Shown in pieces: positions 28,601 through 44,200 of a DNA stretch of 64,000 bases. The DNA lies in contig CAXHJY010000793.1 in NCBI GenBank assembly GCA_964016885.1, positions 1-64,000 on the forward strand, read 5' to 3'. The stretch comes from Eledone cirrhosa. Taxonomy: Eukaryota. The notes beneath the pieces are model-generated. The model was given only the letters and a program-made list of their open reading frames with translations. It searched no databases and was not told the DNA's origin. The position numbers and the translations under genes are program-made. Position 1 is the stretch's first letter. The number at the start of each line of letters is the position of its first letter.

Positions 28601-30900
28601 AGACATGTGTGACACTCTACCAATTACTGTCAACCCACCGCCCTAGACATGTGTGACACTCTACCAATTACTATCAATCCACTGCCCTAGACATGTGTGA
28701 CTACCAATTACTGTCAATCCACTGCCCTAGACATGTGTGACACTCTACCAATTACTGTCAGTCCACTGCCCTAGACATGTGTGACACTCTACCAATTACT
28801 GTCAATCCACCGCCCTAGACATGTGTGACACTCTACCAATTACTGTCAGTCCACTGCCCTAGACATGTGTGACACTCTACCAATTACTGTCAGTCCACTG
28901 CCCTAGACATGTGTGACTACCAATTACTGTCAATCCACTGCCCTAGACATGTGTGACACTCTACCAATTACTGTCAATCCACTGCCCTAGACATGTGTGA
29001 CACTCTACCAATTACTGTCAATCCACTGCCCTAGACATGTGTGACACTCTACCAATTACTGTCAGTCCACTGCCCTAGACATGTGTGACACTCTACCAAT
29101 TACTGTCAATCCACTGCCCTAGACATGTCTGACACTCTACCAATTAGTGTCAATCCACTGCCCTAGATATGTCTGACACTCTACCAATTACTGTCAATCC
29201 ACTGCCCTAGACATGTCTGACACTCTACCAATTACTGTCAGTCCACCGCCCTAGACATGTGTGACACTCTACCGATTACTGTCAACCTACTGCCCTAGAC
29301 ATGTGTGACACTCTACCAATTACTGTCAGTCCACTGCCCTAGACATGTGTGACACTCTACCAATTACTGTCAGTCCACAGCCCTAGACATGTGTGACACT
29401 CTACCAATTACTGTCAGTCCACTGCCATAGACATGTGTGACACTCTACCAATTACTGTCAATCCACTGCCCTAGACATGTGTGACACTCTACCAATTACT
29501 ATAAGTCCACTGCCCTAGACATGTGTGACACTCTACCGATTACTGTCAACCCACTGCCCTAGACATGTGTGACACTCTACCAATTACTGTCAGTCCACTG
29601 CCCTAGACATGTGTGACACTCTACCAATTACTGTCAGTCCACTGCCCTAGACATGTGTGACACTCTACCAATTACTGTCAATCCACTGCCCTAGACATGT
29701 GTGACACTCTACCAATTACTGTCAATCCACTGCCCTAGACATGTGTGACACTCTACCAATTACTGTCAATCCACTGCCCTAGACATGTGTGACACTCTAC
29801 CAATTACTGTCAATCCACTGCCCTAGACATGTGTGACACTCTACCAATTACTGTCAATCCACTGCCCTAGACATGTGTGACACTCTACCAATTACTGTCA
29901 GTCCACTGCCCTAGACATGTGTGACACTCTACCAATTACTGTCAGTCCACTGCCCTAGACATGTGTGACACTCTACCAATTAGTGTCAGTCCACTGCCCT
30001 AGACATGTGTGACTACCAATTACTGTCAATCCACCGCCCTAGACATGTGTGACACTCTACCAATTACTGTCAGTCCACTGCCCTAGACATGTGTGACACT
30101 CTACCAATTACTGTCAATCCACTGCCCTAGACATGTGTGACTACCAATTACTATCAATCCACCGCCCTAGACATGTGTGACACTCTACCAATTACTGTCA
30201 TTCCACCGCCCTAGACATGTGTGACACTCTACCAATTACTGTCAGTCCACTGCCCTAGACATGTGTGACTACCAATTACTGTTACTCCACCGCCCTAGAC
30301 ATGTGTGACACTCTACCAATTACTGTCAGTCCACTGCCCTAGACATGTGTGACTACCAATTACTGTCAATCCACTGCCCTAGACATGTGTGACACTCTAC
30401 CAATTACTGTCAATCCACTGCCCTAGACATGTGTGACACTCTACCAATTACTGTCAGTCCACTGCCCTAGACATGTGTGACACTCTACCAATTACTGTTA
30501 GTCCACTGCCCTAGACATGTGTGACACTCTACCAATTACTGTCAGTCCACTGCCCTAGACATGTGTGACTACCAATTACTGTCAATCCACCGCCCTAGAC
30601 ATGTGTGACACTCTACCAATTACTGTCAGTCCACTGCCCTAGACATGTGTGACACTCTACCAATTACTGTCAATCCACTGCCCTAGACATGTGTGACTAC
30701 CAATTACTGTCAATCCACCGCCCTAGACATGTGTGACACTCTACCAATTACTGTCAGTCCACTGCCCTAGACATGTGTGACTACCAATTACTGTCAATCC
30801 ACCGCCCTAGACATGTGTGACACTCTACCAATTACTGTCAGTCCACTGCCCTAGACATGTGTGACACTCTACCAATTACTGTCAGTCCACTGCCCTAGAC
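19700..30900. repeat. ~4.6-kb duplication whose second copy contains an internal 2000-bp tandem duplication
   Basis: TGCCCTAGGC at 20091/24683 (4592). CCAGCGCC at 20391/24983/26983. TCCTAG at 25781/27781. ATTAGTGTCAA at ~22511/29147 (6636 = 4592+44+2000). Confidence 0.88.
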
Positions 30901-33900
30901 ATGTGTGACTACCAATTACTGTCAATCCACCGCCCTAGACATGTGTGACAATCTACCAATTACTGTCAGTCCACTGCCCTAGACATGTGTGACTACCAAT
31001 TACTGTCAATCCACTGCCCTAGACATGTGTGACACTCTACCAATTACTGTCAATCCACTGCCCTAGACATGTGTGACACTCTACCAATTACTGTCAGTCC
31101 ACTGCCCTAGACATGTGTGACTACCAATTACTGTCAGTCCACCGCCCTAGACATGTGTGACACTCTACCAATTACTGTCAAACCACTGCCCTAGACATGT
31201 GTGACACTCTACCAATTACTGTCAGTCCACTGCCCTAGACATGTGTGACACTCTACCAATTACTGTCAGTCCACCGCCCTAGACATGTGTGACACTCTAC
31301 CAATTACTGTCAATCCACCGCCCTAGACATGTGTGACACTCTACCAATTACTGTCAGTCCACTGCCTTAGACATGTGTGACACTCTACCAATTACTGTCA
31401 GTCCACCGCCCTAGACATGTGTGACACTCTACCAATTACTGTCAATCCACGCCCTAGACATGTGTGACACTCTACCAATTACTGTCAGTCCACTGCCCTA
31501 GACATGTGTGACACTCTACCAATTACTGTCAGTCCACTGCCCTAGACATGTGTGACACTCTACCAATTACTGTCAGTCCACTGCCCTAGACATGTGTGAC
31601 ACTCTACCAATTACTGTCAATCCACCGCCCTAGACATGTGTGACACTCTACCAATTACTGTCAGTCCACTGCCCTAGACATGTGTGACACTCTACCAATT
31701 ACTGTCAGTCCACTGCCCTAGACATGTGTGACACTCTACCAATTACTGTCAGTCCACTGCCCTAGACATGTGTGACACTCTACCAATTACTGTCAATCCA
31801 CTGCCCTAGACATGTGTGACACTCTACCAATTACTGTCAATCCACTGCCCTAGACATGTGTGACACTCTACCAATTACTGTCAATCCACTGCCCTAGACA
31901 TGTGTGACACTCTACCAATTACTGTCAATCCACCGCCCTAGACATGTGTGACACTCTACCAATTACTGTCAATCCACTGCCCTAGACATGTGTGACACTC
32001 TACCAATTACTGTCAGTCCACTGCCCTAGCCATGTGTGACTACCAATTACTGTCAATCCACCTCCCTAGACATGTGTGACACTCTACCAATTACTGTCAA
32101 TCCACTGCCCTAGACATGTGTGACACTCTACCAATTACTGTCAGTCTACTGCCCTAGACATGTGTGACACTTTACCAATTACTGTCAGTCCACTGCCCTA
32201 GACATGTGTGACACTCTACCAATTACTGTCAATCCACTGCCCTAGACATGTGACACTCTACCAATTACTGTCAATCCACTGCCCTAGACATGTGTGACAC
32301 TCTACCAATTACTGTCAGTCTACTGCCCTAGACATGTGTGACACTCTACCAATTACTGTCACTCCACCGCCCTAGACATGTGTGACACTCTACCAATTAC
32401 TGTCAATCCACTGCCGTAGACATGTGTGACACTCTACCAATTACTGTCAATCCACTGCCCTAGACATGTGTGACACTCTACCAATTACTGTCAATCCACT
32501 GCCCTAGACATGTGTGACACTCTACCAATTACTGTCAATCCACTGCCCTAGACATGTGTGACACTCTACCAATTACTGTCAATCCACTGTCCTAGACATG
32601 TGTGACACTCTACCAATTACTGTCAATCCACTGCCCTAGACATGTGTGACACTCTACCAATTACTGTCAATCCACTGCCCTAGACATGTGTGACACTCTA
32701 CCAATTACTGTCAATCCACCGCCCTAGACATGTGTGACACTCTACCAATTACTGTCAATCCACTGCCCTAGACATGTGTGACACTCTACTAATTACTGTC
32801 AGTCCACTGCCCTAGACATGTGTGACACTCTACCAATTACTGTCAATCCACTGCCCTAGACATGTGTGACACTCTACCAATTACTGTCAGTCTACTGCCC
32901 TAGACATGTGTGACACTCTACCAATTACTGTCAGTCCACTGCCCTAGACATGTGTGACACTCTACCAATTACTGTCAGTCTACTGCCCTAGACATGTGTG
33001 ACACTCTACCAATTACTGTCAATCCACTGCCCTAGATATGTGTGACATTCTACCAATTACTGTCAATCCACTGCCTCAGACATTTGTGACACTCTACCAA
33101 TTACTGTCAGTCCACTGCCCTAGACATGTGTGACACTCTACCAATTACTGTCAGTCTACTGCCCTAGACATGTGTGACACTCTACCAATTACTGTCAATC
33201 CACCGCCCTAGACATGTGTGACACTCTACCAATTACTGTCAATCCACTGCCCTAGACATGTGTGACACTCTACCAATTACTGTCAATCCACTGCCCTAGA
33301 CATGTGTGACACTCTACCAATTACTGTCAGTCCACTGCCCTAGATATGTGTGACATTCTACCAATTACTGTCAATCCACTGCCCTAGACATGTGTGACAC
33401 TCTACCAATTACTGTCAATCCACCGCCCTAGACATGTGTGACACTCTACCAATTACTGTCAATCCACCACCCTAGACATGTGACACTCTACCAATTACTG
33501 TCAATCCACTGCCCTAGACATGTGTGACACTCTACCAATTACTGTCAGTCCACTGCCCTAGACATGTGTGACACTCTACCAATTACTGTCAATCCACTGC
33601 CCTAGACATGTGTGACACTCTACCAATTACTGTCAGTCTACTGCCCTAGACATGTGTGACACTCTACCAATTACTGTCAGTCCACTGCCCTAGACATGTG
33701 TGACACTCTACCAATTACTGTCAATCCACCGCCCTAGACATGTGTGACACTCTACCAATTACTGTCAATCCACTGCCCTAGACATGTGTGACACTCTACC
33801 AATTACTGTCAATCCACTGCCCTAGACATGTGTGACACTCTACCAATTACTGTCAATCCACTGCCCTAGACATGTGTGACACTCTACCAATTACTGTCAA

Positions 33901-36900
33901 TCCACCGCCCTAGACATGTTTGACACTCTACCAATTACTGTCAATCCACTGCCCTAGACATGTGTGACACTCTACCAATTACTGTCAGTCCACTGCCCTA
34001 GATATGTGTGACACTCTACCAATTACTGTCAATCCACTGCCCTAGACATGTGTGACACTCTACCAATTACTGTCAATCCACCGCCCTAGACATGTGTGAC
34101 ACTCTACCAATTACTGTCAATCCACTGCCCTAGACATGTGTGACACTCTACCAATTACTGTCAACCCACCGCCCTAGACATGTGTGACACTCTACCAATT
34201 ACTGTCAACCCACTGCCCTAGACATGTGTGACACTCTACCAATTACTGTCAATCCACTGCCCTAGACATGTGTGACACTCTACCAATTACTGTCAGTCCA
34301 CTGCCCTAGACATGTGTGACACTCTACCAATTACTGTCAGTCCACTGCCCTAGACATGTGTGACACTCTACCAATTAGTGTCAGTCCACTGCCCTAGACA
34401 TGTGTGACTACCAATTACTGTCAATCCACCGCCCTAGACATGTGTGACACTCTACCAATTACTGTCAGTCCACTGCCCTAGACATGTGTGACACTCTACC
34501 AATTACTGTCAATCCACTGCCCTAGACATGTGTGACTACCAATTACTATCAATCCACCGCCCTAGACATGTGTGACACTCTACCAATTACTGTCATTCCA
34601 CCGCCCTAGACATGTGTGACACTCTACCAATTACTGTCAGTCCACTGCCCTAGACATGTGTGACTACCAATTACTGTTACTCCACCGCCCTAGACATGTG
34701 TGACACTCTACCAATTACTGTCAGTCCACTGCCCTAGACATGTGTGACTACCAATTACTGTCAATCCACTGCCCTAGACATGTGTGACACTCTACCAATT
34801 ACTGTCAATCCACTGCCCTAGACATGTGTGACACTCTACCAATTACTGTCAGTCCACTGCCCTAGACATGTGTGACACTCTACCAATTACTGTTAGTCCA
34901 CTGCCCTAGACATGTGTGACACTCTACCAATTACTGTCAGTCCACTGCCCTAGACATGTGTGACTACCAATTACTGTCAATCCACCGCCCTAGACATGTG
35001 TGACACTCTACCAATTACTGTCAGTCCACTGCCCTAGACATGTGTGACACTCTACCAATTACTGTCAATCCACTGCCCTAGACATGTGTGACTACCAATT
35101 ACTGTCAATCCACCGCCCTAGACATGTGTGACACTCTACCAATTACTGTCAGTCCACTGCCCTAGACATGTGTGACTACCAATTACTGTCAATCCACCGC
35201 CCTAGACATGTGTGACACTCTACCAATTACTGTCAGTCCACTGCCCTAGACATGTGTGACACTCTACCAATTACTGTCAGTCCACTGCCCTAGACATGTG
35301 TGACTACCAATTACTGTCAATCCACCGCCCTAGACATGTGTGACACTCTACCAATTACTGTCAGTCCACTGCCCTAGACATGTGTGACTACCAATTACTG
35401 TCAATCCACTGCCCTAGACATGTGTGACACTCTACCAATTACTGTCAATCCACTGCCCTAGACATGTGTGACACTCTACCAATTACTGTCAGTCCACTGC
35501 CCTAGACATGTGTGACTACCAATTACTGTCAGTCCACCGCCCTAGACATGTGTGACACTCTACCAATTACTGTCAAACCACTGCCCTAGACATGTGTGAC
35601 ACTCTACCAATTACTGTCAGTCCACTGCCCTAGACATGTGTGACACTCTACCAATTACTGTCAGTCCACCGCCCTAGACATGTGTGACACTCTACCAATT
35701 ACTGTCAATCCACCGCCCTAGACATGTGTGACACTCTACCAATTACTGTCAGTCCACTGCCTTAGACATGTGTGACACTCTACCAATTACTGTCAGTCCA
35801 CCGCCCTAGACATGTGTGACACTCTACCAATTACTGTCAATCCACGCCCTAGACATGTGTGACACTCTACCAATTACTGTCAGTCCACTGCCCTAGACAT
35901 GTGTGACACTCTACCAATTACTGTCAGTCCACTGCCCTAGACATGTGTGACACTCTACCAATTACTGTCAGTCCACTGCCCTAGACATGTGTGACACTCT
36001 ACCAATTACTGTCAATCCACCGCCCTAGACATGTGTGACACTCTACCAATTACTGTCAGTCCACTGCCCTAGACATGTGTGACACTCTACCAATTACTGT
36101 CAGTCCACTGCCCTAGACATGTGTGACACTCTACCAATTACTGTCAGTCCACTGCCCTAGACATGTGTGACACTCTACCAATTACTGTCAATCCACTGCC
36201 CTAGACATGTGTGACACTCTACCAATTACTGTCAATCCACTGCCCTAGACATGTGTGACACTCTACCAATTACTGTCAATCCACTGCCCTAGACATGTGT
36301 GACACTCTACCAATTACTGTCAATCCACCGCCCTAGACATGTGTGACACTCTACCAATTACTGTCAATCCACTGCCCTAGACATGTGTGACACTCTACCA
36401 ATTACTGTCAGTCCACTGCCCTAGCCATGTGTGACTACCAATTACTGTCAATCCACCTCCCTAGACATGTGTGACACTCTACCAATTACTGTCAATCCAC
36501 TGCCCTAGACATGTGTGACACTCTACCAATTACTGTCAGTCTACTGCCCTAGACATGTGTGACACTTTACCAATTACTGTCAGTCCACTGCCCTAGACAT
36601 GTGTGACACTCTACCAATTACTGTCAATCCACTGCCCTAGACATGTGACACTCTACCAATTACTGTCAATCCACTGCCCTAGACATGTGTGACACTCTAC
36701 CAATTACTGTCAGTCTACTGCCCTAGACATGTGTGACACTCTACCAATTACTGTCACTCCACCGCCCTAGACATGTGTGACACTCTACCAATTACTGTCA
36801 ATCCACTGCCGTAGACATGTGTGACACTCTACCAATTACTGTCAATCCACTGCCGTAGACATGTGTGACACTCTACCAATTACTGTCAATCCACTGCCCT

Positions 36901-38700
36901 AGACATGTGTGACACTCTACCAATTACTGTCAATCCACTGCCCTAGACATGTGTGACACTCTACCAATTACTGTCAATCCACTGCCCTAGACATGTGTGA
37001 CACTCTACCAATTACTGTCAATCCACTGTCCTAGACATGTGTGACACTCTACCAATTACTGTCAATCCACTGCCCTAGACATGTGTGACACTCTACCAAT
37101 TACTGTCAATCCACTGCCCTAGACATGTGTGACACTCTACCAATTACTGTCAATCCACCGCCCTAGACATGTGTGACACTCTACCAATTACTGTCAATCC
37201 ACTGCCCTAGACATGTGTGACACTCTACTAATTACTGTCAGTCCACTGCCCTAGACATGTGTGACACTCTACCAATTACTGTCAATCCACTGCCCTAGAC
37301 ATGTGTGACACTCTACCAATTACTGTCAGTCTACTGCCCTAGACATGTGTGACACTCTACCAATTACTGTCAGTCCACTGCCCTAGACATGTGTGACACT
37401 CTACCAATTACTGTCAGTCTACTGCCCTAGACATGTGTGACACTCTACCAATTACTGTCAATCCACTGCCCTAGATATGTGTGACATTCTACCAATTACT
37501 GTCAATCCACTGCCTCAGACATTTGTGACACTCTACCAATTACTGTCAGTCCACTGCCCTAGACATGTGTGACACTCTACCAATTACTGTCAGTCTACTG
37601 CCCTAGACATGTGTGACACTCTACCAATTACTGTCAATCCACCGCCCTAGACATGTGTGACACTCTACCAATTACTGTCAATCCACTGCCCTAGACATGT
37701 GTGACACTCTACCAATTACTGTCAATCCACTGCCCTAGACATGTGTGACACTCTACCAATTACTGTCAGTCCACTGCCCTAGATATGTGTGACATTCTAC
37801 CAATTACTGTCAATCCACTGCCCTAGACATGTGTGACACTCTACCAATTACTGTCAATCCACCGCCCTAGACATGTGTGACACTCTACCAATTACTGTCA
37901 ATCCACCACCCTAGACATGTGACACTCTACCAATTACTGTCAATCCACTGCCCTAGACATGTGTGACACTCTACCAATTACTGTCAGTCCACTGCCCTAG
38001 ACATGTGTGACACTCTACCAATTACTGTCAATCCACTGCCCTAGACATGTGTGACACTCTACCAATTACTGTCAGTCTACTGCCCTAGACATGTGTGACA
38101 CTCTACCAATTACTGTCAGTCCACTGCCCTAGACATGTGTGACACTCTACCAATTACTGTCAATCCACCGCCCTAGACATGTGTGACACTCTACCAATTA
38201 CTGTCAATCCACTGCCCTAGACATGTGTGACACTCTACCAATTACTGTCAATCCACTGCCCTAGACATGTGTGACACTCTACCAATTACTGTCAATCCAC
38301 TGCCCTAGACATGTGTGACACTCTACCAATTACTGTCAATCCACCGCCCTAGACATGTTTGACACTCTACCAATTACTGTCAATCCACTGCCCTAGACAT
38401 GTGTGACACTCTACCAATTACTGTCAGTCCACTGCCCTAGATATGTGTGACACTCTACCAATTACTGTCAATCCACTGCCCTAGACATGTGTGACACTCT
38501 ACCAATTACTGTCAATCCACCGCCCTAGACATGTGTGACACTCTACCAATTACTGTCAATCCACTGCCCTAGACATGTGTGACACTCTACCAATTACTGT
38601 CAACCCACCGCCCTAGACATGTGTGACACTCTACCAATTACTGTCAACCCACTGCCCTAGACATGTGTGACACTCTACCAATTACTGTCAATCCACCGCC
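29850..38700. repeat. 4395-bp (101-monomer) tandem duplication
   Basis: TAGTGTCAG at 29981/34376 and 43-bp unit TCCACGCCC at 31446/35841. The offset becomes 4439 after an extra CCGTAG monomer near 36850 (ACATGTTT at ~33914/38353). Confidence 0.9.
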
Positions 38701-38898
38701 CTAGACATGTGTGACACTCTACCAATTACTGTCAATCCACCGCCCTAGACATGTGTGACACTCTACCAATTACTGTCAACCCACTGCCCTAGACATGTGT
38801 GACACTCTACCAACTACTGTCAATCCACCGCCCTAGACATGTGTGACACTCTACCAATTACTGTCAACCCACCGCCCTAGACATGTGTGACACTCTAC

Positions 38899-39110
38899 CA
38901 ATTACTGTCGAGCCACTGCCCTAGACATGTGACACTCTACCAATTACTGTCAAGCCACTGCCCTAGACATGTGACACTCTACCAATTACTGTCAAGCCAC
39001 TGCCCTAGACATGTGACACTCTACCAATTACTGTCAAGCCACTGCCCTAGACATGTGACACTCTACCAATTACTGTCAAGCCACTGCCCTAGACATGTGA
39101 CACTCTACCA
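38899..39110. repeat. Run of five 42-bp variant monomers (AGCCAC allele plus GT deletion)
   Basis: TGTC(A/G)AGCCACTGCCCTAGACATGTGACACTCT repeated five times. The allele was not noticed elsewhere in the window. Confidence 0.9.
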
Positions 39111-41269
39111 ATTACTGTCAACCCACTGCCCTAGACATGTGTGACACTCTACCAATTACTGTCAATCCACCGCCCTAGACATGTGACACTCTACCAATTA
39201 CTGTCAATCCACTGCCCTAGACATGTGTGACACTCTACCAATTACTGTCAACCCACTGCCCTAGACACGTGTGACACTCTACCAATTACTGTCAGTCCAC
39301 TGCCCTAGACATGTGTGACACTCTACCAATTACTGTCAGTCCACCGCCCTAGACATGTGTGACACTCTACCAATTACTGTCAGTCCACTGCCCTAGACAT
39401 GTGTGACACTCTACCAATTACTGTCAATCCACTGCCCTAGACATGTGTGACACTCTACCAATTACTGTCAGTCCACTGCCCTAGACATGTGTGACACTCT
39501 ACCAATTACTGTCAGTCCACTGCCCTAGACATGTGTGACACTCTACCAATTACTGTCAATCCACTGCCCTAGACATGTGTGACACTCTACCAATTACTGT
39601 CAATCCACTGCCCTAGACATGTGTGACACTCTACCAATTACTGTCAGTCCACTGCCCTAGACATGTGTGACACTCTACCAATTACTGTCAGTCCACCGCC
39701 CTAGACATGTGTGACACTCTACCAATTACTGTCAATCCACCGCCCTAGACATGTGTGACACTCTACCAATTACTGTCAATCCACTGCCCTAGACATGTGT
39801 GACACTCTACCAATTACTGTCAGTCCACTGCCCTAGCCATGTGTGACTACCAATTACTGTCAATCCACCTCCCTAGACATGTGTGACACTCTACCAATTA
39901 CTGTCAATCCACTGCCCTAGACATGTGTGACACTCTACCAATTACTGTCAATCCACTGCCCTAGACATGTGACACTCTACCAATTACTGTCAATCCACTG
40001 CCCTAGACATGTGTGACACTCTACCAATTACTGTCAGTCTACTGCCCTAGACATGTGTGACACTCTACCAATTACTGTCACTCCACCGCCCTAGACATGT
40101 GTGACACTCTACCAATTACTGTCAATCCACTGCCGTAGACATGTGTGACACTCTACCAATTACTGTCAATCCACTGCCCTAGACATGTGTGACACTCTAC
40201 CAATTACTGTCAATCCACTGCCCTAGACATGTGTGACACTCTACCAATTACTGTCAATCCACTGCCCTAGACATGTGTGACACTCTACCAATTACTGTCA
40301 ATCCACTGCCCTAGACATGTGTGACACTCTACCAATTACTGTCAATCCACTGCCCTAGACATGTGTGACACTCTACCAATTACTGTCAGTCCACTGCCCT
40401 AGACATGTGTGACACTCTACCAAGTACTGTCAATCCACTGCCCTAGACATGTGTGACACTCTACCAATTACTGTCAATCCACTGCCCTAGACATGTGTGA
40501 CACTCTACCAATTACTGTCAGTCTACTGCCCTAGACGTGTGTGACACTCTACCAATTACTGTCAATCCACCGCCCTAGACATGTGTGACACTCTACCAAT
40601 TACTGTCAATCCACTGCCCTAGACACGTGTGACACTCTACCAATTACTGTCAGTCTACTGCCCTAGACATGTGTGACACTCTACCAATTACTGTCAGTCC
40701 ACTGCCCTAGACATGTGTGACACTCTACCAATTACTGTCAGTCTACTGCCCTAGACATGTGTGACACTCTACCAATTACTGTCAATCCACCGCCCTAGAC
40801 ATGTGTGACACTCTACCAATTACTGTCAATCCACTGCCTCAGACATTTGTGACACTCTACCAATTACTGTCAATCCACCGCCCTAGACATGTGTGACACT
40901 CTACCAATTACTGTCAATCCACTGCCCTAGACATGTGTGACACTCTACCAATTACTGTCAATCCACTGCCTCAGACATTTGTGACACTCTACCAATTACT
41001 GTCAATCCACCGCCCTAGACATGTGTGACACTCTACCAATTACTGTCAATCCACTGCCCTAGACATGTGTGACACTCTACCAATTACTGTCAATCCACTG
41101 CCTCAGACATTTGTGACACTCTACCAATTACTGTCAATCCACCGCCCTAGACATGTGTGACACTCTACCAATTACTGTCAATCCACTGCCCTAGACATGT
41201 GTGACACTCTACCAATTACTGTCAGTCCACTGCCCTAGACATGTGTGACACTCTACCAATTACTGTCAA

Positions 41270-44200
41270 TCCACCGCCCTAGACATGTGTGACACTCTAC
41301 CAATTACTGTCAATCCACCACCCTAGACATGTGTGACACTCTACCAATTACTGTCAATCCACTGCCCTAGACATGTGTGACACTCTACCAATTACTGTCA
41401 GTCCACTGCCCTAGACATGTGTGACACTCTACCAATTACTGTCAATCCACTGCCCTAGACATGTGTGACACTCTACCAATTACTGTCAGTCTACTGCCCT
41501 AGGCATGTGTGACACTCTACCAATTACTGTCAGTCCACTGCCCTAGACATGTGTGACACTCTACCAATTACTGTCAATCCACCGCCCTAGACATGTGTGA
41601 CACTCTACCAATTACTGTCAATCCACTGCCCTAGACATGTGTGACACTCTACCAATTACTGTCAATCCACTGCCCTAGACATGTGTGACACTCTACCAAT
41701 TACTGTCAATCCACTGCCCTAGACATGTGTGACACTCTACCAATTACTGTCAATCCACTGCCCTAGACATGTGTGACACTCTACCAATTACTGTCAATCC
41801 ACTGCCCTAGACATGTGTGACACTCTACCAATTACTGTCAATCCACTGCCCTAGACATGTGTGACACTCTACCAATTACTGTCAGTCCACTGCCCTAGAC
41901 ATGTGTGACACTCTACCAAGTACTGTCAATCCACTGCCCTAGACATGTGTGACACTCTACCAATTACTGTCAATCCACTGCCCTAGACATGTGTGACACT
42001 CTACCAATTACTGTCAGTCTACTGCCCTAGACGTGTGTGACACTCTACCAATTACTGTCAATCCACCGCCCTAGACATGTGTGACACTCTACCAATTACT
42101 GTCAATCCACTGCCCTAGACACGTGTGACACTCTACCAATTACTGTCAGTCTACTGCCCTAGACATGTGACACTCTACCAATTACTGTCAGTCCACTGCC
42201 CTAGACATGTGTGACACTCTACCAATTACTGTCAGTCCACTGCCCTAGACATGTGTGACACTCTACCAATTACTGTCAGTCCACTGCCCTAGACATGTGT
42301 GACACTCTACCAATTACTGTCAATCCACCGCCCTAGACATGTGTGACACTCTACCAATTACTGTCAATCCACTGCCCTAGACATGTGTGACACTCTACCA
42401 ATTACTGTCAGTCCACTGCCCTAGATATGTGTGACATTCTACCAATTACTGTCAATCCACTGCCTCAGACATTTGTGACACTCTACCAATTACTGTCAAT
42501 CCACCGCCCTAGACATGTGTGACACTCTACCAATTACTGTCAATCCACTGCCCTAGACATGTGTGACACTCTACCAATTACTGTCAGTCCACTGCCCTAG
42601 ACATGTGTGACACTCTACCAATTACTGTCAATCCACTGCCCTAGACATGTGTGACACTCTACCAATTACTGTCAATCCACCGCCCTAGACATGTGTGACA
42701 CTCTACCAATTACTGTCAATCCACTGCCCTAGACATGTGTGACACTCTACCAATTACTGTCAGTCCACTGCCCTAGACATGTGTGACACTCTACCAATTA
42801 CTGTCAATCCACTGCCCTAGACATGTGTGACACTCTACCAATTACTGTCAATCCACCGCCCTAGACATGTGTGACACTCTACCAATTACTGTCAATCCAC
42901 TGCCCTAGACATGTGTGACACTCTACCAATTACTGTCAGTCCACTGCCCTAGACATGTGTGACACTCTACCAATTACTGTCAATCAACTGCCCTAGACAT
43001 GTGTGACACTCTACCAATTACTGTCAGTCTACTGCCCTAGACATGTGTGACACTCTACCAATTACTGTCAGTCCACTGCCCTAGACATGTGTGACACTCT
43101 ACCAATTACTGTCAATCCACCGCCCTAGACATGTGTGACACTCTACCAATTACTGTCAATCCACTGCCCTAGACATGTGTGACACTCTACCAATTACTGT
43201 CAATCCACTGCCCTAGACATGTGTGACACTCTACCAATTACTGTCAATCCACCGCCCTAGACATGTGTGACACTCTACCAATTACTGTCAATCCACCGCC
43301 CTAGACATGTGTGACACTCTACCAATTACTGTCAATCCACTGCCCTAGACATGTGTGACACTCTACCAATTACTGTCAATCCACTGCCCTAGACATGTGT
43401 GACACTCTACCAATTACTGTCAATCCACCGCCCTAGACATGTGTGACACTCTACCAATTACTGTCAATCCACTGCCCTAGACATGTGTGACGCTCTACCA
43501 ATTACTGTCAGTCCACTGCCCTAGATATGTGTGACACTCTACCAATTACTGTCAATCCACTGCCCTAGACATGTGTGACACTCTACCAATTACTGTCAAT
43601 CCACCGCCCTAGACATGTGTGACACTCTACCAATTACTGTCAACCCACCGCCCTAGACATGTGTGACACTCTACCAATTACTGTCAACCCACTGCCCTAG
43701 ACATGTGTGACACTCTACCAATTACTGTCAATCCACCGCCCTAGACATGTGACACTCTACCAATTACTGTCAATCCACTGCCCTAGACATGTGTGACACT
43801 CTACCAATTACTGTCAACCCACTGCCCTAGACACGTGTGACACTCTACCAATTACTGTCAGTCCACTGCCCTAGACATGTGTGACACTCTACCAATTACT
43901 CTTAGTCCACCGCCCTAGACATGTGTGACACTCTACCAATTACTGTCAGTCCACTGCCCTAGACATGTGTGACACTCTACCAATTACTGTCAATCCACTG
44001 CCCTAGACATGTGTGACACTCTACCAATTACTGTCAGTCCACTGCCCTAGACATGTGTGACACTCTACCAATTACTGTCAGTCCACTGCCCTAGACATGT
44101 GTGACACTCTACCAATTACTGTCAATCCACTGCCCTAGACATGTGTGACACTCTACCAATTACTGTCAATCCACTGCCCTAGACATGTGTGACACTCTAC

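Noticed and set aside
38887-39144. 85-aa ORF (TLYQLLSSHCPRHV repeats) as a protein-coding gene
   Set aside because: It is entirely satellite-derived, open only because of five 42-bp units, has a GTG start from the repeat, and has no gene context or recognisable domain.
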